A DNA stretch of 62,264 nucleotides, filler included, from Stramenopiles sp. TOSAG23-3 (lineage: Eukaryota): the NCBI GenBank assembly GCA_900128585.1. It is 4 parts of 4 records of this genome, joined end to end, with 100 filler letters (N's around TTAATTAATTAA, not from the genome) between each part and the next. Parts side by side here need not be neighbours in the genome. Positions count along the whole stretch, not along the records: positions 40,236 to 60,184 come from LT642386.1; 3 more parts are not named here. The stretch is one strand, 5' to 3'. Numbering within the stretch: position 1 is the stretch's first letter; each line of letters starts with the position of its first letter. The notes beneath the pieces were generated by a model, which saw only the letters and a program-made list of their open reading frames with translations, was not told where the DNA came from and did not search any database. Position numbers and translations under genes: made by a program. Positions 44,878-54,505 of the stretch are shown piece after piece.

Positions 44878-45432
44878 TTAAAGGGTTCTTAAGTGCGGAG
44901 GCAGTTCTACATCTGCGTATCTATCACCTTGGAAAAAAGCTCGCCAAACTCTACAACTACTAAATATTTGTACACAAATCGCACGCTGGTAAATGGTTCC
45001 AAAAGCATTTTTTGTCAACCCCTTTAAATCCAAGCACAGGTAGTTCCACCCATCTTTAAGCCGCATGGGTATACTTGCCTCGTGGGATGTAACGTGAATT
45101 TTGCTCTGATTGTTGGACATGTGAATTTGGCGCTTCTCCCGCTTATGGTCGACTACTTCAACGGTTACCCCGCAATACTTGCCAATGTTCTTGCACTGAA
45201 TCACAAGGTAACGCAACGACGATTCACACGGAAATATCAATTGTGCTGATGGTCCTAATAATTCTACTACCTGAGAGTCCACTTCCTTGTCGTCAACAAC
45301 GACTACCTCTCCCGCATAATTACGCTCGCATTCTTCTTTTGCAATAAGCACCGGGCCGTACGTGGCCAAGTCGAGCATTTGCTCGTGCGGCGGCAACAGT
45401 CCTAAGACCTCGGCGGGGTTCTCCTGGTCCAT
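44878..45432 (-). CDS. Divergent CFAP20 (DUF667)-domain protein
   Basis: LVIQCKNIGKY..VEVVD..SNNQS..IPMRLKDGWN..AFGTIY..VQIFSSCRVWRAFF..Y..ELPPHL parallels CFAP20; first ATG at 45432. Confidence 0.82.
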   Translation of the reverse strand: MDQENPAEVLGLLPPHEQMLDLATYGPVLIAKEECERNYAGEVVVVDDKEVDSQVVELLGPSAQLIFPCESSLRYLVIQCKNIGKYCGVTVEVVDHKREKRQIHMSNNQSKIHVTSHEASIPMRLKDGWNYLCLDLKGLTKNAFGTIYQRAICVQIFSSCRVWRAFFQGDRYADVELPPHLRTL

Positions 45433-46621
45433 GACGGTATAGTTTCGAAAACGCTCTGGGGGAACGAGCAAATAAAATGAACAGAACGCAATACAAACTC
45501 GCCGTACTTCTTCTCTTTTCGCGTTTATAAATATTCTTTCAAACGGATGTGCCAATAAACTTTTTTCTAATTAAAGCATACTCATTCATTCATCACACAT
45601 CTCACTCCACTGCAGTTCGTACACCACAGCAATAATTATTTATCACCACACTTCTTCTTCTTCTTTTTTTATTTAATATTATACAAGAACACAACAACAA
45701 CATTGTTGTTTTATATTATTTTTCTTTTTCATTTTTTTTTAATTATTTTTTTTAGCGAAGAAGAAGAAGTAATGAAAATAATTATTGAAAAAAGTTGTTT
45801 TATCCTTTAAGGCAATATATGTAATATATATATATTAGTTAATATTAATTATATATAATATTATTTTAAAATAATATATCGTCCTTATTTTATGTGTCCG
45901 GTAAGGGAGAAAAGAAAGAACTAAAGAAGAAGGCGTAACGTCTCTTTTCATAAACCCTAATTATAACATTCATTGAAGAAAAGACATCCATCCCCCATCT
46001 CTCTCAAACCAGTCAGCTCTTCATCCATTTATTTTCTTTTTTATTCCAGTTGTTATTATATATAATATTATTACAATATTTTGTTTTGATTATTTATTAT
46101 TCCTTATACAAAACACGTTATAATTTAAATAAGTCTAATAAGAAGGAAAAGGGGATGAGTTGCGGGGGGGGGGGGGGGGGGCTGGGGAGTACTGGTATTT
46201 TATACCGTATAATATTATCTGGTTCCCATAATATAATACCGTACCAAGGAGGCATTCGTTCATTTTTAATTGGTGGTGTTGTTGTTTTGGTGGTGGTTAT
46301 TTTAGAATTATTATTATTATTTTTTTTTTATTATTATAATTAATTAGTTAACACTATAATGTAATGTACGAAGTAATATTTGAATGTAAGAGTTTCTTCA
46401 TATCTATTATTATGTTAGTCTATATATCTATACAAAATATGCAATTAAAATAAGACAGAGTGAAATAGAAAAGCACACACGGACACCTACACCCTAATAC
46501 TTATTACACGCACGTGAATTTTCATTAACTTTGTTCGTTTGTGATATAGAAATTCGATCGATCCTATTAGTTCGTATTCAAGTGTGCTGCACTGTACTGC
46601 CTCGAAGGTTGTGACGAGGAA

Positions 46622-48199
46622 ATGGCTGAGCAGAGAAGTGAGCCGGAGCTAAGAAGTGAGCCGGGGGCGGAGCTGGGCCATCGGGCGTTAGGGGTGAGAA
46701 AATGTAACGAAAGTAGCCGGCAGATAAGCTTCAATTTTTCTGATAGACGGCTTTCGAGCTATCCAGAAGCAGAATTAAAGAAAATAACTCTAATTCGTGG
46801 TTTCCTGAGCACGCTCAGCCTGTTTTTCGTGGTCAACTTTTTGTACGGGATCTACTGGGTAATTGCGAGTGGTGGCGCGATTAGGATGCAGTACGCCCTT
46901 GTAAATTGTTTGGTGGCTGTGTTGATGGGTTTTTCGGCGCATGGGTACCGGCGGCAGCCAGGGCGCGCCTGGCTAAAGCGCGGCACAGAGCCCATGGTAG
47001 TTGGGTGGTCGATCCTCTTTGTTATGCTTATCATCCGGCTGGCCCACGAGCAGTTGTACAGCGCAAATTTTTTAGACCTCGATTTTGGCCCAAAAGGCTG
47101 CACGACCAATGCCACAAACTTTGTGGAGTGCAGAGAGCCGAGCTCCAGGGCGTTTACCGCAGACGATGGCTCCGACCTCTTTAATTCGATTGGCCATTGT
47201 TGGCAAGGCATTCTGTCTGTGCTAATGTTTGAAGACGTCGAAAATTCAATCCAGCGGTGGACGTATATTACACGACTAAACGTGAATTCTTGGGGCGCAT
47301 CGAAGAGGAATAGTGGCAGGGCAAGTTCTGCATCCATGCGTCCTAATCGCACCACGCGTTCCACAGCGAGTGCAACGAGTAGATTATCCGCGTTTGACGC
47401 CGAAGCGGTGTTCTTTGCACCAGACACTGTTCGCCTGAACATATTCGTTCGAAGGGGCATGGATTTTTTGCTGTTGTTTGTTTCCGTCTACCCCACATAC
47501 AACGTGATTAAGCGGTTGGTGAAAGTCGGGCTGAACGGCTTCTCCACGTCCAGCTACGGAAACAACAGCCTGGAGTGGGCGGTGGGTTTTTTGATCGGGA
47601 TGGCCATAGGAATGACCGTCAGCGCAAGGTCAAAATATACGAAATCCAAACTTGAAACACTGGCGACGAGATCACTCCAGAATGTGAAGAACAATGACCA
47701 GAAAACCAACTCTCAGAAAAGAATGAAGATGCTGTCGTATGGTTTTCAGGCGTCTGTTCAAGCCACCGACAAGGAAAACTACAAGTGGATGATGCTTCGC
47801 TTCGTTTCCGGGATCTTGCTGTGCGTAAGTGCTATCCTCTCTATTGTATCCTTTGCAGCGTCGTGGGGAAAGAATACCTCTCAAGAATCGGCCGCGGTGA
47901 AGGGGCAGGAGGACAGTGCTGTGCTGGTTGCGATTATCCTGGTGCCCATTCTTTTGGCGTGCACGCTCGTTCCCTTGTGCAGTAAGATTGAAGTGCAGAC
48001 AAAAGTTAAAAGTATTGCGAATCTGCAAGAGGTCATACAAAGGGCGAATACGCCCGGGGGTATAGAAACAGAAGGAGAGTTTCTTGAGAGTCTGATGAAC
48101 GCTGAACGCGGCGAAGGGCCCAAGAAGAAGAAGCAAAGCCAAGACGTATTAAACAAAGCCGAGACCCTACCGGACAAGAAGGAGGAAGTGAATGTTTAA
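46622..48199 (+). CDS. Multi-pass membrane protein of unknown function, 525 aa
   Basis: About 7 hydrophobic helices; no recognised family motif. Confidence 0.78.
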   Translation: MAEQRSEPELRSEPGAELGHRALGVRKCNESSRQISFNFSDRRLSSYPEAELKKITLIRGFLSTLSLFFVVNFLYGIYWVIASGGAIRMQYALVNCLVAVLMGFSAHGYRRQPGRAWLKRGTEPMVVGWSILFVMLIIRLAHEQLYSANFLDLDFGPKGCTTNATNFVECREPSSRAFTADDGSDLFNSIGHCWQGILSVLMFEDVENSIQRWTYITRLNVNSWGASKRNSGRASSASMRPNRTTRSTASATSRLSAFDAEAVFFAPDTVRLNIFVRRGMDFLLLFVSVYPTYNVIKRLVKVGLNGFSTSSYGNNSLEWAVGFLIGMAIGMTVSARSKYTKSKLETLATRSLQNVKNNDQKTNSQKRMKMLSYGFQASVQATDKENYKWMMLRFVSGILLCVSAILSIVSFAASWGKNTSQESAAVKGQEDSAVLVAIILVPILLACTLVPLCSKIEVQTKVKSIANLQEVIQRANTPGGIETEGEFLESLMNAERGEGPKKKKQSQDVLNKAETLPDKKEEVNV

Positions 48200-48335
48200 A
48201 ACAAAATTAGATCAGACTAAATAACCAGGCATATATGTGATATAAAAAAAAACAGGGACTTCGCAGTTTAGTTGTGGCCGCACACAAACTGAATCTCTTT
48301 CTGCTGCTCCTGCAAAAGCTTCCACTTTCGCCCCC

Positions 48336-50369
48336 TCAGCTGGTTTCCGCTTCATGCTGTTTTCCATGAACCTGCAGCAGAATGGATTTGATTTTTTCAA
48401 CATCGTCCAGCAATTTTTCGGTTTTCGAGAGCTGTGAATAGCGAAATTCGTCCTCCCCCAGGGCTGCCCAAGAGTTTTCGAGCACGCTAACAGCCCCTGC
48501 CTCGGTCCCTTTCCGAAGCTTTTGCTTTGTCAGCATCCTGCTCAGCTTGGTGTCTCTAACTTTATTGTAAATCTCATTGAAGACCACCTCCTCTTCCGTG
48601 AGGGCCCTCTGTTCTGCGCAGCCGTTCACGCCCTTCAGTCGTGTGTGGAAGAGTCTATTTCCCAGAACACTTTTCCACAAATCTTTTATCATTTCAGAAC
48701 GTAGCTTTGCAGCATGTTGTGGAAAATTTTTCATGACCAATTGGAAACCCTCGATGCTCAAATGATACATAAGACATATAGTTCGTGTGTAGACGCTCAT
48801 TTTCCGCGGCCGCCCAGGGAAGACGAAACATTCGAACCCAAATACATCTCCTTCCATCAACGCCGACTGCGGGTCGTCAACGCCCTCCGCAAGAAATGAA
48901 TTGTCAGAATCAGAGTGCTTGCTAGTGTACGCTTCACCAGAGATGAAAATATACAACCCATCGGCCACTCTGCCTTCTCGAAATATGTATTGGTGTGGGG
49001 CTTCAATGCTCCGCTTTAATTTCTCGCACAGCCTGCCGATTAGCTCGGACGGGGCGGCTTTGAAGTACTTCAGACTCTGAATCTTTCGTCCGTAGAAAGC
49101 GTACAGCAGTTGCCGCCGCAATGAAGGAGAGACTTTTTCGAGAACGGCGTGGTTGGTAAGCCTGGTCTGGTTATCAATTTCCCCTTGAAGAAAATAGGCA
49201 AAATTGTACGTATCCATCTTCAATTGTTCCGGTAATTCATGGCAATTCAGGAAAGTATTCAATTCGTCCATCCAAGCTTCAAATTCTACGTTCTCTGTGT
49301 TGGCAGAAGCTACTGCGTCGATGATGTTTCCCAACAGATAAGAAAATACAAAGGCAGAGATCAACATGACAAACCAAAAGAAAGTGCGTTCTAAATTGTT
49401 TGTAGCGACGATATCGCCGTACCCGACGGTTGTGAGCGTCATCATTGCCCAATACATTCCGATCATGTAAAGCTCAAATAGGGACTCTTCGGGGTTGGTG
49501 GCGCTCTCGGAGGCGTAACTGTTTGCCCACACCCATGTGTCTTGATAATAGTCCTTTCCTAGGTCGTGGATTCCATAAAGTAAACAAGACAGGATATGGG
49601 AACAGTAAATGATGAGGGCCACGAAAGTTATCAATCGAAGTTTACTGTAGCCTATTCGTCTGGAAATTTCTTGACGAGCCCGTTGGTAGATTCGTGCCAC
49701 CCTAATGACGCGAATTATTTTCGTCAGTTTAATCAACTTGAACATACGTACGGAACCACCTCGGCGAGGGATAAAACTCCCGAAAGGAATCAGCGACACA
49801 ATATCTACCCAAAACCATCCGATATAACCCTTTTTTATTGAACCTGTGTAGCGAAGCAACGCTTCCAAGTCCGTATACGTTGGAGTTTTGTTCACGAGCC
49901 AGCTCGTCCGAAATTGGACGACCATGTCGCAAAGAAAGCAGAGGGTTACGAACTGGTCAATAAGGAACCAACCAAACCACGGCTTTATGGCCGAAATAAT
50001 ATGCCTGTTGCTGAGAAATGTGGCCTGAACAGGCGCAAAAATAGCAACGTAAGTTATCAATATAAGCATAACGAAGTCCCATTTTTCGTGAAAAGGGTCC
50101 GTCGGGCTGAGCACAGGCAACGGCAACTTTGATTCAACCATGAAACTGCCGATTTCGTTGACTCTGACACTATTCCCAGACTTGCTCTCAAACAAAAGCA
50201 TCCTTCCTATATCTGATAGTAAATTCTTTTCCCGAGACACATCTCCGTGAAGCCTTCCGCGCCCTTTTAAGTTCAAGCTGCCCCTTTCGTGCTTTACATT
50301 TTTTTCTGAAGACATTTCCGCCAAATCCACTTGCTTCGGGCTTGCAGGAGGACCAAGATTATTATTCAT
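48336..50369 (-). CDS. Voltage-gated K+ channel with cyclic-nucleotide-binding domain (KCNH/HCN/CNG-like)
   Basis: S4 KLIKLTKIIRVIRVAR; pore YWAMMTLTTVGYGD; CNBD IFREGRVADGLYIFISGEA..GDVFG. Confidence 0.93.
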   Translation of the reverse strand: MNNNLGPPASPKQVDLAEMSSEKNVKHERGSLNLKGRGRLHGDVSREKNLLSDIGRMLLFESKSGNSVRVNEIGSFMVESKLPLPVLSPTDPFHEKWDFVMLILITYVAIFAPVQATFLSNRHIISAIKPWFGWFLIDQFVTLCFLCDMVVQFRTSWLVNKTPTYTDLEALLRYTGSIKKGYIGWFWVDIVSLIPFGSFIPRRGGSVRMFKLIKLTKIIRVIRVARIYQRARQEISRRIGYSKLRLITFVALIIYCSHILSCLLYGIHDLGKDYYQDTWVWANSYASESATNPEESLFELYMIGMYWAMMTLTTVGYGDIVATNNLERTFFWFVMLISAFVFSYLLGNIIDAVASANTENVEFEAWMDELNTFLNCHELPEQLKMDTYNFAYFLQGEIDNQTRLTNHAVLEKVSPSLRRQLLYAFYGRKIQSLKYFKAAPSELIGRLCEKLKRSIEAPHQYIFREGRVADGLYIFISGEAYTSKHSDSDNSFLAEGVDDPQSALMEGDVFGFECFVFPGRPRKMSVYTRTICLMYHLSIEGFQLVMKNFPQHAAKLRSEMIKDLWKSVLGNRLFHTRLKGVNGCAEQRALTEEEVVFNEIYNKVRDTKLSRMLTKQKLRKGTEAGAVSVLENSWAALGEDEFRYSQLSKTEKLLDDVEKIKSILLQVHGKQHEAETS

Positions 50370-50908
50370 GGCGTCTGTCAAAAGGTTTTGCCTGTTTCGT
50401 CTTCGAAAGCCTCTTGCGACCTTTTATTAATACTTAAAACACTAACACTACGTCATAAATCCAATGTATTCTGTGGAAATCTGTGAAATCATAAGGCATT
50501 CTCGAAATCTTTCTTTACTCGTCTTTATCGAGAAAGAAAATTTGAACAAAATATGTATTCAAAAAATACGAGGACATCATTACTAGGACACAGCATATAT
50601 ATCAAATATGACTTTTTTTTTACTCTAATTTTAAAAAATATAAATAATTAAAATACAAAATTGTTGTATATTCTTTATTATTATGCTGTGTGCATGCTAT
50701 GTGATGTCATATTTATCTAATTACGACGAGCGAAAAAAAGAAGAAGAAGAAGAAGAAGAAGAAGAAGAAGAAAGAAGAAAAAAAAAAGAATTATCCTCGT
50801 AATAGACGACTAATAATTTTCATTGTTGTTGTTGAGGAGGAGGAGGATGGTTAAACGGAAGGTTGGTGTTGTTGTGTGGCACTTGCTGCTGATGAATACG
50901 AGGAATAA

Positions 50909-51034
50909 TAAAACAAGAAGAAGAAAATTGGCTGTTGTTATTATTTAAGTAGACTAATTAAAATTAATGTATTAGTCGTCTAATATTAGACTGTCCAATA
51001 CACCACTGCGAACTGGAATCTAGATATTTAGACA
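50909..51034 (+). repeat. Insertion-riddled copy of the AAACAAGAAAATTGGCTGTT family
   Basis: Aligns to 53833-53902 with six insertions. Confidence 0.85.
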
Positions 51035-51139
51035 GAAGAATTAATAATTGTTTTTAGACGACTAATCTTTTATATATGATGTGTAATTAATTCACTTTGT
51101 TACTTTATATACAACACTAAATAGTTTAATTCCCAATTA

Positions 51140-51694
51140 TTACAATGCATCTGACCTCGTTTGTCCTTCCATTATTACCTTTTCAAACATGTCTAAAATT
51201 TTAACGCATTCCCTGGCCTCAGATGGCTGTTTTTCCACTAGTTTCCTAACGATCTCCAAGGAAGTCTCGCCTTCTTCTGTTTTGATCATCGGATCGGCGC
51301 CGTGCGCGACCAACGTCTTCGCCGCTTCGAAGTCACAGGAATATATGTACCAGTGCAGTGGGGTGCGGGTTACTTTCGTAGCATGTCCATCGTATTGATA
51401 ATCAGTCCTCTTGTTCACGTCTGCGCCGTGCTGAATTAATAGTTCCAATATCTTCCCGTTTGACTTTTTGTTCGAAATGGCGGACAGGTGCAGAGAGGAT
51501 TCTCCAAACTCGTTTGTGGAATCGACGCTCACTTTGTCCTCAACAATTAACTGCCTAACTTTTTCAAAATTGCCACTGCTAACAGCATGAAACAGCTCCG
51601 TTTCTTTCCTCCCCGTACCCCCCGCCACGGAAAATGTGGCTAAACTTAACAAAATCGTCCCAGCGACCCTTACCACAAAAATAAAACGCTTCAT
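51140..51694 (-). CDS. Signal-peptide-bearing ankyrin-repeat protein
   Basis: MKRFIFVVRVAGTILLSLATFSVAG; LFHAV, SSLHLSA, HGADVN, TPLH. Confidence 0.85.
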   Translation of the reverse strand: MKRFIFVVRVAGTILLSLATFSVAGGTGRKETELFHAVSSGNFEKVRQLIVEDKVSVDSTNEFGESSLHLSAISNKKSNGKILELLIQHGADVNKRTDYQYDGHATKVTRTPLHWYIYSCDFEAAKTLVAHGADPMIKTEEGETSLEIVRKLVEKQPSEARECVKILDMFEKVIMEGQTRSDAL

Positions 51695-52865
51695 ATGGAA
51701 GGACTTTTCACTGACCGTCCGCTCACAACGCTTCAACCAGGAACGTTCGAAGGAATGTATTGAATTGCGACAGCCTTTATGTATTGCAAGTTTGGCAAAG
51801 CTTTAAACGTTTGTCAGATTTCGTAGAAAATGTGTTTAAACTATAAATATTCCGGTGGAAGAAACTTTTCATATTTCTTTTGTAAAAGTCATGCTAATTT
51901 TTCAGTGCATTCAATTTGTTGGCATGATGTTCGTCTACCCCCCCGTGTGTGTTTTAATAAATAATTTTTTTATTATTTATTATTTTATTTTTTTAATAAT
52001 AATAAAATAATATATACGTACCACAGCAGCAGCAGAAAAGCATCATCATTTGGTGTAGTAAATAGTAAAAAAAAATAATTAATTATTTTTTTCGCGCCAA
52101 CAACAAAAAAAGGGCACCTGACCCTACGGACGGGTATTAATAATACGGTACCAAGGGGTATATACGAGGAGAACAGGCAAAGAGGAGAAGAGTCAAACTT
52201 GAGAATCGTCGAAGATTCTCTCTGTACTTTTACGTTCGACGCGGTACGCACCTGTACTCTTTATTACGGTAGCCCGCCTCACAACACAATCGGTGGAAAA
52301 AAAGAAGAAGGCGCGAAATGATTATTATTGTAATTTTGAGATTGACACGATATAATACCAAGTATAATAGAAGAAGACAAGAATCTTTTGATACACAAGT
52401 CACAGCATTGGATTTCATCTTGGTACTTCGTATTTTTTCGTAATAAATGAAATGAAGAAATGAAAATTTAATTTAATGCATCGTCATCACGTACTATTAA
52501 AATATATATAATAATAGACTTACTTCATCACATCATCATCATCAATAATTTTGGATTTAATTATTCTTACTAATATAACAGGAACACAGTGAGCAGTATC
52601 CTCCCTCTTCGTTCAATCCTTCTTCTTTCTGCGGCGCGCCGCTGCTTTGTTTATTATTTAGGGGGATCAGTTGGAGAGACAGGTTTGGTACGTATGAGTT
52701 TTCAGTTCGATATACACAATACATCATGTAGTGCAGGGATATATTGATGGTTTGGTAAACATTTGAAAACAAGTTGCTCTTTTCGGGAATGTTAGAATTA
52801 TAAATCAAGTTTATACAAAAGAAGTAAAAACATACACAGTTGAACCGAACACTCTCATCACAAGA

Positions 52866-53768
52866 ATGGCCAACTTCTCTGACCGATTGAAACTATCTGG
52901 CGTCGGGACCGCACTTATCACTCCGTTTACTCCTGATGCAGAAAACATTGATTACGACGCTTTTGGCAAGCTAATTGATTCTCAGCTTGCGGCTGGGCTG
53001 GACTTTTTAGTGCCACTTGGCACAACTGGAGAATGCCCAACGATACTGCATGATGAGTATGAGAAAATTTTGGACTTCACCGTCCGCCGCGTGGCCGGAA
53101 AGGTTCCTATCGTGGCCGGGGCTGGCTCCAACAGTACCGCGAAGGCTGTTGCCATGACGAAAATAGCGAAAAAAGTTGGTTGCGATGCTGTCTTGCAGGT
53201 AAACCCATACTACAACAAGCCTAGTCAAGAAGGTCTTTACCAGCACTTTAAAAAAATATGCACGGAGGGTGGCTTGCCCATTGTCCTGTACAACATTCCA
53301 GGGAGAACGAATATTACCATGCAGCCAGCGACCGTAGCACGACTGTACAATGACTTCCCAGAAGTAATTGCCATCAAAGAAGCGACTGGAAGCTTGGATA
53401 TTGCGACCAAGATTGCAGAATTGTGCGACATCCCAATTCTGTCTGGCGACGATTCCCTGACTGTTCCGCTGATGTCCATGGGGGGAAAGGGGGTCGTTAG
53501 TGTGCTATCGAACGTTTTCCCAGACATTGTGACTTCGTATGTTCGACCCGCCCAAAAAGGTGATTTCGCAACAGCGGGAAAGTTGCATGTGAAATACCAC
53601 AAATTGATGAGGACTATGTTTGTTGAAACTAACCCTGTTCCTGTGAAGCGTACTGCTGCACTGCTGGGTATGTGCTCGGACGTAACACGGTCCCCGATAA
53701 CCCCAATTTTGCCTAATAACGAAGAGACCCTTGTCAGCGTCTTGAAGGAGTACGGACTTGTGGAATGA
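52866..53768 (+). CDS. dapA: 4-hydroxy-tetrahydrodipicolinate synthase
   Basis: TALITPF, GTTGE, GAGSNST, PYYNKPSQEGL, LYNIPGRT, AIKEATG, SGDD, ETNPVPVK. Confidence 0.96.
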   Translation: MANFSDRLKLSGVGTALITPFTPDAENIDYDAFGKLIDSQLAAGLDFLVPLGTTGECPTILHDEYEKILDFTVRRVAGKVPIVAGAGSNSTAKAVAMTKIAKKVGCDAVLQVNPYYNKPSQEGLYQHFKKICTEGGLPIVLYNIPGRTNITMQPATVARLYNDFPEVIAIKEATGSLDIATKIAELCDIPILSGDDSLTVPLMSMGGKGVVSVLSNVFPDIVTSYVRPAQKGDFATAGKLHVKYHKLMRTMFVETNPVPVKRTAALLGMCSDVTRSPITPILPNNEETLVSVLKEYGLVE

Positions 53769-53832
53769 GCGGTAAGCCAGAGCAGAAAAAAACACTGCAC
53801 GAACACGAAAAAAAACCTAATTTCAGTTTATC

Positions 53833-54426
53833 TAAAAACAAGAAAATTGGCTGTTATTTAAGTAATTAAAATTAATGTACTGCGAACTGAAATCTAGATT
53901 TAAAAACATATTATATAGTATGCTGCAAGACTCTCACTTTATAATCTCAGTCATTGATATCTTCCTCGGAACTCGGAAGATAATCAAAAGAATATACGGA
54001 ATATATATTAAAAAACTTTTTTATAAATAACAGCCAATTTTCTTGTTTAAATTTTTGCTAACATGAAGGAACGTAAACCTCTAATGGACAAAAGGAGCAG
54101 ATTCATTTTCGCGGTACATGAGAACACGCTAATGTTACGAAAAGTTTTGGAATTTCTTACAGTTAATGTTTATAAATTTAATTTAAAACAAGAAAATTGG
54201 CTGTTATTTAAGTAATTAAATTTAGCTTCCTCAGTATTTAATTAAACAAGATCTCACTATATATTTTGGTTTTAATTAAACAAGAAAACATACTATTTAT
54301 ATAATTTGTTTTTAATAAAGTTCGCAGTTCATGAAGGAATGCAAACGTTGAATGTCTAAATCTAGATTTCAGTTCGCAGTACATTAATTTTAATTACTTA
54401 AATAACAGCCAATTTTCTTGTTTTTA
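53833..54426. mobile_element. Composite of four repeat-family copies bounded by a perfect 70-bp inverted repeat (MITE- or HINE-like)
   Basis: 53833-53902 is the exact reverse complement of 54357-54426; inner copies at 54024-54049 (reverse) and 54184-54229 (forward). Confidence 0.85.
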
Positions 54427-54505
54427 ATAAATATTTTTGTTTTCAATTTTATGTATAAATGAATTTGAATTCGTACTAGTTAGTAAGATAATTCTAATTA
54501 AATTT

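Noticed and set aside
20021-46497. Scattered ACCCTAA words as telomeric repeats
   Set aside because: Single, non-tandem copies.
40236-50369. GAF protein plus CNBD channel as a cyclic-nucleotide gene cluster
   Set aside because: Separated by three unrelated genes; both families are abundant in protists.
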